A DNA stretch of 58,136 nucleotides, filler included, from Squatina squatina (Eukaryota), in NCBI GenBank assembly GCA_031763465.1. It is 2 parts of 2 records of this genome, joined end to end, with 100 filler letters (N's around TTAATTAATTAA, not from the genome) between each part and the next. Parts side by side here need not be neighbours in the genome. Positions count along the whole stretch, not along the records: positions 28,020 to 58,136 come from JARFOE010000016.1; 1 more part is not named here. One strand, 5' to 3'. Position 1 is the first letter of the stretch, and each line of letters opens with the position of its first letter. Of the stretch, positions 49,948-58,136 are shown piece by piece. The notes under the pieces were generated by a model. It had not been told where the DNA came from. It did not search any database and saw nothing but the letters and a program-made list of their open reading frames with translations. A program made the position numbers and the translations under genes.

Positions 49948-51149
49948 NNNNNNNNNNNNNNNNNNNNNNNNNNNNNNNNNNNNNNNNNNNNNNNNNNNNN
50001 NNNNNNNNNNNNNNNNNNNNNNNNNNNNNNNNNNNNNNNNNNNNNNNTGTTATCTGTGTGGGAACGAGGGTGGCTCGTTTTCAGGTGCACAGATAAGGAT
50101 AACATCCAACCAGACCTAGGTCCGAGGCTTCCCACTCGATTTGTCTATAGAAATTATTTAGAAGGTGGTGTCGTGGGCAATGATCAATGCTGGTTATTTC
50201 CATGCTCTACTCCAGAAGGCTGAGGCCTTGCTGTGGACTCCCAGAACAGTGGAGAACAAAACGACATAGATATTCCTCACTGCCTTGGACTAGTGCCATT
50301 CTTGAGGTGTTTTTTCTCTTTTTTCTAAACGCCTAGCACAACTTAGTTTGTGACCAGTCCGTGAATGAGTGTTTGATGTTTTTTTTGCATAATCCTTTGT
50401 ATAACTTCCAATGAATCTGTCATTTTATTGCCTTTCAATGAGCTTGGCTACGTGGCAATGACACCTTCAGTGTTAGTGTGTGTCCCATTCCTGACATTGT
50501 GTTAGTGCATGTCCCATCTCTGAAGGTGTGTGTATATATCTATATATATATATATTTAAAGCCAACAGCAGCCAGGCAAATGTGATTAGCTGCCGCGACA
50601 CAGGTCTGGACCCCTCTGCTGATTGTTGCTCTAATCGCAGTCATCCCCCACCACTGCCCTCTCTGGCGCCCTAGGTGTGCGTCTGGCACAGGGAAAGCTA
50701 GCATCTCCAATTACATATTAGTGCGCTGCGTTTTGACACGTTTCATGTAATCCCCCCTCGAGACCAGATCACGACAGAAGCTCAATGAACAGTTAGCTTT
50801 GCGTTGTGGTTTCTGTACGGACGGCGAGGTGTGACCAGCTGTGCCATTTCTGACATGAGAGTTTTGGGATTTGGGGGGAGGTGAGGAAGGGAACAATCCC
50901 GCCTAGTCTGATTACCAGGCGTAGGGTGATAATCAATCCTGTCTAGTGTCCTGCAGCTCTCACACAAGGTTGCTGGGACTAAGCTCCACTCCAAACACCA
51001 CCTCCCATTGGCAGCGCTGAATGTTAATGCTTTAGCAGGTGGTCTGAACACTACTGCGCAAACATTTCCAATGCCATTTTTGCAGGCGTCTTTCACTTTG
51101 CTAATGGTATCCTCGAATTGTTAGCAGGTACAGTGAGCGCTGTCGACAT

Positions 51150-51271
51150 CCTCCCTGAGGTGAGGTCAGTGAACTCTCCGACCCTCCCTGAGGGGGGCCA
51201 GTGAACTCTCCGACCCTCCCTGGGGGTCAGTGAACTCTCAGACCCTCCCTGAGGGGGAGTCATTGAACTCT
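51150..51271. repeat. Minisatellite, ~29-33 bp unit CAGTGAACTCTCCGACCCTCCCTGAGGGGGG
   Basis: About four tandem copies with small indels. Runs into a gap. Confidence 0.85.
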
Positions 51272-52489
51272 NNNNNNNNNNNNNNNNNNNNNNNNNNNNN
51301 NNNNNNNNNNNNNNNNNNNNNNNNNNNNNNNNNNNNNNNNNNNNNNNNNNNNNNNNNNNNNNNNNNNNNNNTTACTTCTCATTTTTATCTCTCCTGGTTT
51401 TTTCCAGCCATGGAACTCTTCCAGGTGAGAGAAGGTAAAGGAAACACACAATATAAAAATGACAGCCCAAACAGTACACTGTGTACACAGTAGACTATTC
51501 ATGCACAGCACAGACAGTTAAGGCTGGACAGTATATTGTGCAGACACACTATAGAGCATATGCACAGATAGTGCACTTTGTACACACACTATAGAGTGTA
51601 CAGCTCAGTCAGGACATCAACATACTAGACTCCGTAACTGTGTCAAGTGAGCAAGTGCATTTAGTGAAAGAAGCGTTAGGACCATAATCCCCAGTGTGTA
51701 TTGATTCTGCCCGGCATTACCAAGAATTTCTGTAGTATCTTTGGCAATTACTCCTCATTCCATACCTGTTTTGTTGCAGTGTGTACCACAGAGAGTAGTC
51801 ATCATGCATCGCTGAAATATGTAGACACTCCCCCTCCTGAACAGGTAACTCCTCAGGTAAGAAGTACACACACTGCATCCAGTGATCCCGCCACTGTCAA
51901 CACAAGCAAGAAAAGCACAGTTTCAAACCAGCCTTGAACTCGAGAGCAGTCGAGTCAAACATAAAATAGGCGCAAAGACTCTATTATGAAGCAAAGTGAC
52001 AGATCAGCATTTCCAGCTGAACGTGGAAGAGTTAAATAGCATAGGAAAGTGAAAGGTGACGAAGGGCTCTCAAATAGCAAGCACTGCTTAACTGAACTCT
52101 CTCTGGATACTGTAAATCGAAAATGTGAGGACAACGGAGAACAAGTGTTGTTGCTTCCCATCGCACATGCAAAGTGAAGCACATTTTAAAACAGCCTATT
52201 CTCAAGAGTCATATTACAGTGGGTTAGAATTTTACCACTTTGTGGCTAAACACCTCCATTCACCTTACTGTTAGCAAAGCGAGGGACAACCCAAATAGTT
52301 GAGCACCCATTTTCCAGCCAGGTAGGCACTGCTCCAATTTACCAAGACCTGCAGAGCTGAGAATTCATTCTGCCATCTCTCATACTCCAGATGATGTACT
52401 TCAGGGTTGAAAGATTGCTGGAGGATTGTGCAGATCTCTGGAAGTTTGGAGAATTTAAGTCTGAAAACTAATCGGACTGTTTTTTTTCA

Positions 52490-53035
52490 ATAGCCTTATT
52501 ATTTGTGGCCTCCTTATTCTTCCTACCAAAATGTACCACCTCACACCTGTCGATATTGAAGTTAATTTGTCAATGACACGCCCATTCTGCAAGTTTATTA
52601 ATGTCTTTGTGTATTATGTCACAGTCTTCCTCAGTATTAACGAAACACCCCCAGTTTAGTGTCATCGGCAAATTTTGAAATCGTACTTTCTAAATCTCGA
52701 GTCCAAATTGTTTATGTAAATAGTGAACAGTAAATGGCGATCCCTGTGGAACACCACTTCCCAGCTTTTGCCAGTTAAGTCACTACCCTTAACCCCCAAC
52801 TCTCTGTTTTCTGTTCTGTAACCAGCTAGCTATCCATTCTGCTACTTCTCCCCTAAGCTATCTTATCAAAGCCCTTTTGAATATCCAAATATATTACATC
52901 TACTGCATTACCTTTGCCTACTCTTCAAAGAATTCAATAAGGTTGGTAAAGCACGAGCTTCCCTTTGAAATCCGTGCTGAATGTTCGTTATTATATTTTC
53001 AGTATCAGTTGCGTCTTTAAGTAAAGATTCCATTA
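52490..53035 (-). mobile_element. CR1 LINE reverse-transcriptase fragment
   Basis: The minus strand carries VIYLDIQKGFDK, SGVPQG, SKFADDTKLG and CEVVHFGRKN. Confidence 0.85.
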
Positions 53036-53036
53036 T

Positions 53037-53071
53037 GTTCTGACGAAGGGTCATCGACCTGAAACGTTAAC
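53037..53071 (+). ncRNA. Minimal type I hammerhead ribozyme motif within a Penelope-like terminal repeat (repeat extends to ~53110)
   Basis: GTT-CTGACGA-A-GGGTC-ATC-GACCT-GAAAC-GTT-AAC. It has the CUGANGA and GAAA boxes, helix II GGGUC/GACCU, a palindromic AACGUU in place of helix III, and a 3-bp helix I (GUU/AAC). Confidence 0.6.
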
Positions 53072-54487
53072 TCTGTCTTTCTCTCCACAGATGCTGCCTG
53101 ACCAGCAGGAAATTACTTTTGTGTCTGCTAAGGTCTAAACCACATTAACAAGTATCAGACAACAATTAACATGTTCAGATTACTGGAAACTTCTGTTAAT
53201 TACATAGATGTGGCCATTGTCAGTTTTAATCAATTATCCAATCTGAAGTAGATCAGAAGACAGCAGACGTTCTTTAATCAAAATGAAATGAACAAATCTC
53301 AAATTTGTCACATTTGGCTAGAACTAGGCTGGTGGAAACATATTTGGTGCAAAGCTGCTCTTACTTAAAAGGACCTGGAGAAAAGTGGCCTGAACGGAAG
53401 ACTCTGCTGTCAATCTAGAGGGAAGCTGTTGCCACCCGGTGGGGGTGGAATCTGGAGGGAAGTGGCAGCCAGTGCAAGGGACGTGGAGAGAAGCTGATGT
53501 TGCTGCTTCCGTTGTAAGAGACACTGTTGTTGTGAAAAAAAACAGGACGTCGTTGTTACTCTGAGGGACCAGAGATAGACGTTTTTGCTTGGGCAAAGCA
53601 TCTAATCAGAAGCTATTACTTCCCCAAGGACATGGAACAAAGTTATAACCATGGAAAGGAAATTTCTCAGTTGCTACCTAGACATAAACTTGAAGGAAAT
53701 TCTGAGCAAAACCTGCAGGGATGGACAGCATTGGTATGACAATGGAAGAGGGAAGCTGGTACCACTGACCTGAAAATAATATACTGCTGCATGGATTTTG
53801 AACTTGTTTAATTGAAGATATCCATTTTGGATTTGGACAATCAATTGACCATAATGATAATATATGACTAATTGTTGCTTAAAGATTTTTTTGCTGAAAG
53901 CAATTGTTTTAATATTGAATAGAGATGCATTTTTTAAAAATGGGACATTTGCTATTATTTTGTTTTATTTTTGTCACTTTGGTGACATTTTGTTTCTTAG
54001 TTGGCTTATATTTAGTGTATTTTAACAGTAATTAGGAGACTTTTATTCAGCTGACAAACTAATGGAATATAGCTACAAAATGCTGCTTAAATATTGTTAG
54101 GTCTAGTATCTGTCATACTAAAATAATGCCAGTAAAGATGTTATGATGTAATAATTTAACTTTATATTATCTATTTTCTCTGTCTACGCAAGATTATAAT
54201 AGGAATACAAAGCTACTAAATATCTAGAATTAGTATCTCAGTGACATGCAAACTGTTATATTGCACTATGCAATTTAATATTTGTAACTCGGAAAATAGC
54301 ATTTATAAATGTTATTTTGTGATGCATACATACATTTGTCAGCTTGATGAGTTTAGGCTTAAACGGTCAGGTGGATATGATTTTTAAAAGTTGCAAGCTG
54401 TTTTTCACAAGATTGTTATTATTGTTTTCTAGCTGTCAGAATGGGGGGACTGATTCATACAAATCACCAACCCTCTTCCCCAAGTCC

Positions 54488-54685
54488 TCCTTTTATCTCT
54501 TTTACAAAGTATTCTTTAGGTTCAATACTATATACGCTGACTTCTACCCTATCTACTGCTCCTCATCCAGATACATTTCCTAACTCAATATCTTCCTCTT
54601 CAATTAACTTAGTGAGAGATGATACTAATTCTTCACCTCTATTTAATCTAACTACATACTTATCTCCAAATCTTCTGTATTCCAT
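54488..54685 (-). pseudogene. Bacterial-type PPC domain (DUF296) gene, 5' fragment with an in-frame TGA
   Basis: MEYRRFGDKYVVRLNRGEELVSSLTKLIEEEDIELGNVSG*GAVDRVEVSVYSIEPKEYFVKEIKG resembles the N-terminal half of prokaryotic DUF296 proteins. Codons are strongly A/T-ending (AGA, GGA, TTA, GTA). No introns. Confidence 0.78.
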
Positions 54686-54829
54686 ATTNNNNNNNNNNNN
54701 NNNNNNNNNNNNNNNNNNNNNNNNNNNNNNNNNNNNNNNNNNNNNNNNNNNNNNNNNNNNNNNNNNNNNNNNNNNNNNNNNNNNNNNNCAGCCAAACAGG
54801 CACGATTCATGTCTCAGCCTAGATGAAGG

Positions 54830-55060
54830 GGTCATTGTAGCAGAGACTGATAATGCTCTCAAGTCGGAAGGTTGTGGGTTCAAGTTCCTCTCTGGAGACT
54901 TGAGCACACTATCTCGGCTGACACCTCAGTGCAGTACTGAGGGAGTGCTACACTGTCAGAGGTGCCATCTTTAGGGTGAGACTTTAAACCAAGGTGTCTG
55001 CCCTCTCTGGTGGACGTAAAACATCACGTGGCAATATTCGAGGAAGAGCTGGATGTGTTC
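54830..55060 (+). mobile_element. Deu-domain SINE 5' part (SacSINE/AmnSINE-like)
   Basis: B-box-like GGGTTCAAG followed by GGCTGACACCTCAGTGCAGTACTGAGGGAGTGCTACACTGTCAGAGGTGCC. Confidence 0.7.
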
Positions 55061-55233
55061 AAATGCAAGTCTGTACTTTTGAATCTACATTCTTTGCAAT
55101 TTATTACATTTCCTTCTCAGCAGATTTACAGCAGTCTCCTGAAGCTGAAGATGAACTGTGCCATTCCTTGCTCCTCAACATTTCCAGGTGCCAACTACAC
55201 ACTCCATGGAACAGGAACCAAAAGCTGCCTTAC

Positions 55234-55414
55234 CTGAATATTATTTGGAGTTGGATGGGCCCAGTATGGTGCCATGGTACATTTGATACACCCTTCAGGG
55301 TCCATGTCCATGTCCCACCAGGACAGTACAACCTGGGCCTGTCCACTGCCAGTTGCTCGGACCTGCACAGTGTGTTGTGCCGGAGAACTGCTCACTGCTT
55401 TACTGAAATCCACT
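55234..55414 (-). CDS. PRMT7: Protein arginine N-methyltransferase 7 internal exon
   Basis: [60 protein letters not shown]|GTAAGG. The acceptor AG (55415-55416) lies at the contig edge, so the 5' boundary is tentative. Confidence 0.9.
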
Positions 55415-57439
55415 CTNNNNNNNNNNNNNNNNNNNNNNNNNNNNNNNNNNNNNNNNNNNNNNNNNNNNNNNNNNNNNNNNNNNNNNNNNNNNNNNNNNNN
55501 NNNNNNNNNNNNNNNNGGATGAACTGCTCCATCTATCAGTAGGAAGGAAAGTCTGTTGTTGAATGTACACTTGTGATTCATGAGAAGATGGATGACCTGA
55601 GCACAGGTAGAAACGATGAGCCCTCTTGAACAGGAAATGCTATAGGACATTTAGCCTTTGCCGTGATTGGAATGTCTAAAGAGTGAAATGAATATGTCTG
55701 GGGAAGGTGGAGAGTTGACGTAATTTAAGTCGATCAGCAGAGGCTTCAATTTGCCCTTATTATGGAGTAGATTGATCTTTCTTGAGTAACCTTGACTTTA
55801 AACAACATCCACGTGTGTTGGGTACAACAGTCTGGAATCTCACAGTTTACAGGAAGACAATGCGAAGTATCACAACACACATCACACATCACGCATCACG
55901 CATCCCTGCTACTGGTCCAGAGTCAAAACATTGATTACAATTCAAAATACATCCTTCTCATTGTTCAGCATTAAACTATACAGGCACTCCCTGTACATTT
56001 TGTTAAAATTACAAAATGCATTATTTACAGATTTGTACACACAGTGTAAACACAAAATTTGTCTATTTATTACAAGTTGCNNNNNNNNNNNNNNNNNNNN
56101 NNNNNNAGTCACGGCTAAAAGAGATTTAGTTAATTAAAAAAAGAAAAGCACTAAGCACTCACTATTTTGACGAGGGAACAGCCCGAGTACCTTCACATCT
56201 TCCTATGAATGAACAGAGCTCTCGAGAATACTGCAAAGAGCAGGAGTCTCCACACTGAGCATGTGCAGTGTGCAACCTCTCCCGTGGACTGACAAAATCG
56301 GCCAATGGCCAGCGCTTTGCTGGGGGTGTGCAGTTCAGTCATTTGAAATAGCGCTGAGAGATGAGGAAACGAAGCGCGTTGAAGATATGTCTTTGGCATC
56401 AAAATAATAACATGCAATTCAAGACATGGCAGAGAGGATTGCATTTCAACCCAATATAGTGCGGTGAAGTGAATAAATCACTACTCCCCGTTCCCCAACC
56501 CCTCCCCCCAACGAGCAGCGGGACCGGCTGTGTGCATGGACTGGACTCCTCTCCACACCCCAGTCTCACCCGATTAGCTGGCACTATACCCTGACACTCC
56601 TCAGTGGATTAAACACATTAATCAAGTAATTAAAGTGTATGTAGTGCAAATGATATAACCATTTCTATAAAAACATGCTACTGTCTAAGCTACAGAGATA
56701 GGCTATGCCTGAACTTGCGGACAAACTTCTGTCTCTGCATACTGTGCTGGGACACAGAAATATGAGTGTATGNNNNNNNNNNNNNNNNNNNNNNNNNNNN
56801 NNNNNNNNNNNNNNNNNNNNNNNNNNNNNNNNNNNNNNNNNNNNNNNNNNNNNNNNNNNNNNNNNNNNNNNNNNNNNNNNNNNNNNNNNNNNNNNNNNNN
56901 NNNNNNNNNNNNNNNNNNNNNNNNNNNNNNNNNNNNNNNNNNNNNNNNNNNNNNNNNNNNNNNNNNNNNNNNNNNNNNNNNNNNNNNNNNNNNNNNNNNN
57001 NNNNNNNNNNNNNNNNNNNNNNNNNNNNNNNNNNNNNNNNNNNNNNNNNNNNNNNNNNNNNNNNNNNNNNNNNNNNNNNNNNNNNNNNNNNNNNNNNNNN
57101 NNNNNNNNNNNNNNNNNNNNNNNNNNNNNNNNNNNNNNNNNNNNNNNNNNNNNNNNNNNNNNNNNNNNNNNNNNNNNNNNNNNNNNNNNNNNNNNNNNNN
57201 NNNNNNNNNNNNGTTACCGATGCTATGTGGTTGTTCTGCATGACCTGCAAAAGGAGACACAGGAACATTTAATGATCTCAAAGACTATATTCACACACAT
57301 ATGCCTGCACGCACACACAAGAAACAAGTGTGTGTATGTGCATACATGTGTGCATAGACACATACACATGTGCACGCACACAATAGTCTCCCCTTTGCTA
57401 TTTTCTCCTCGATGGGCTGGCACATGGTCTCATGAGTGT

Positions 57440-57630
57440 TAGCTGCCCTCTGGTATCCGAGTGGCCATTATGATGGTCTTGATGAAGAGTGCTGGTAGGC
57501 TATCTGGCTGCAAGGATGGTCACTGCTGAGCCTCATTCTGTGTGCATACAATATCCACACCCCAGCAAAGGTCACAGGAAAGAGAAACGGGCCCAATTTT
57601 CCCCTCCCCAACCCAGGGATGCCGAGACCA
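57440..57630 (-). mobile_element. Decayed SINE related to 34230-34540
   Basis: GAGTGGCCATT, CCAGCAAAGGTCAC and CCCCTCCCCAACCCAGGG correspond to the reverse complement of that family. Confidence 0.4.
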
Positions 57631-57638
57631 ATTTATCA

Positions 57639-57746
<108 letters not shown>

Positions 57747-57799
57747 TTAATATAAAGCAATGATGGAGAACGACCTCCACACCATTGAGCATGGAGCCC

Positions 57800-58090
57800 C
57801 CTCCCCACTCCAATATTATTTGTCGAAAGGACCATAGATCGAACGCTGATTGGTCGGCCGGGCCGTCAATCGGGTGGACGGGGCGGGGCGGGTGGCGCTG
57901 ACAGGTTAGGTTGCAGGGGGCGGATGGTGGAATCTTTCCTCAGTAAGATGGCGGTGCGCGCCGAGCTTGTCGACAGCAAGCGGTTCGGTGACTGTGCGCG
58001 CCGCGGCTAGAAGGCCCGCTCCCGCACTGACACAGCCCTGGTCTCGGTGTGTTTGGCTGTCGAATTGAAATTCCCTTTGCAAGGAGTAAG
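57800..58090 (+). promoter_or_regulatory. CpG-rich housekeeping-type promoter and probable first exon
   Basis: High CpG density against a CpG-poor window. CCAAT (~57810), inverted CCAAT TGATTGG (~57847), tandem GC boxes GGGGCGGGGCGGG (~57880), YY1-type AAGATGGCGG (~57945) and a possible donor GA|GTAAGG (~58086). Confidence 0.65.
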
Positions 58091-58114
58091 GTTATCGAGC
58101 TCTCCTGCAATATT

Positions 58115-58136
58115 CTCCTCTCTCTCTCTCTCTCTC
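58115..58136. repeat. (TC)n microsatellite at the window end
   Basis: Directly visible in the sequence. Confidence 0.9.

Noticed and set aside
51150-51271. Regularly spaced ~30-bp repeats that could be mistaken for a CRISPR array (also 33470-33723)
   Set aside because: The units are head-to-tail with no unique spacers, there are no cas genes, and the context is vertebrate. These are ordinary minisatellites.
54563-54565. TGA in the DUF296 fragment as evidence of an alternative genetic code or selenocysteine
   Set aside because: The position is normally Ile/Leu rather than Trp/Gly/Cys, and a single codon cannot support recoding. Mutation or a base-call error is simpler.
56690-57442. Long ORFs of 157-245 aa (likewise 5325-5951 and 20994-21587)
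   Set aside because: They consist mostly of X residues translated from N gaps.

Overview
Eukaryotic (vertebrate) genomic DNA, most likely a cartilaginous fish judging from its shark-type CR1/L2/RTE LINEs, Deu-domain SINEs and Penelope-type terminal repeats. It comes from a very fragmented assembly: 1-5 kb contigs joined mostly by fixed 100-N gaps, so genes appear only as isolated exons. A synthetic spacer (N44-TTAATTAATTAA-N44, 27920-28019) separates two unrelated blocks. The left block carries the last coding exon of CHSY3 (-) and an intronless, diverged HINT1 copy (+); these genes are neighbours on human 5q. The right block carries exons of GLG1 (+), PDPR (+), SMPD3 (+) and PRMT7 (-), all human 16q22-q23 genes, and ends in a CpG-rich promoter. 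The most notable oddities are: a ~200-bp bacterial-type PPC/DUF296 gene fragment with an in-frame stop inside a host contig; minimal hammerhead-ribozyme cores in Penelope-type repeats; three copies of an intron-containing Harbinger-type Myb/SANT gene; and the HINT1 retrocopy in the syntenic position. I see no evidence for a complete new biological system. All family assignments come from recognising motifs by eye, not from database searches, and repeat boundaries are approximate.
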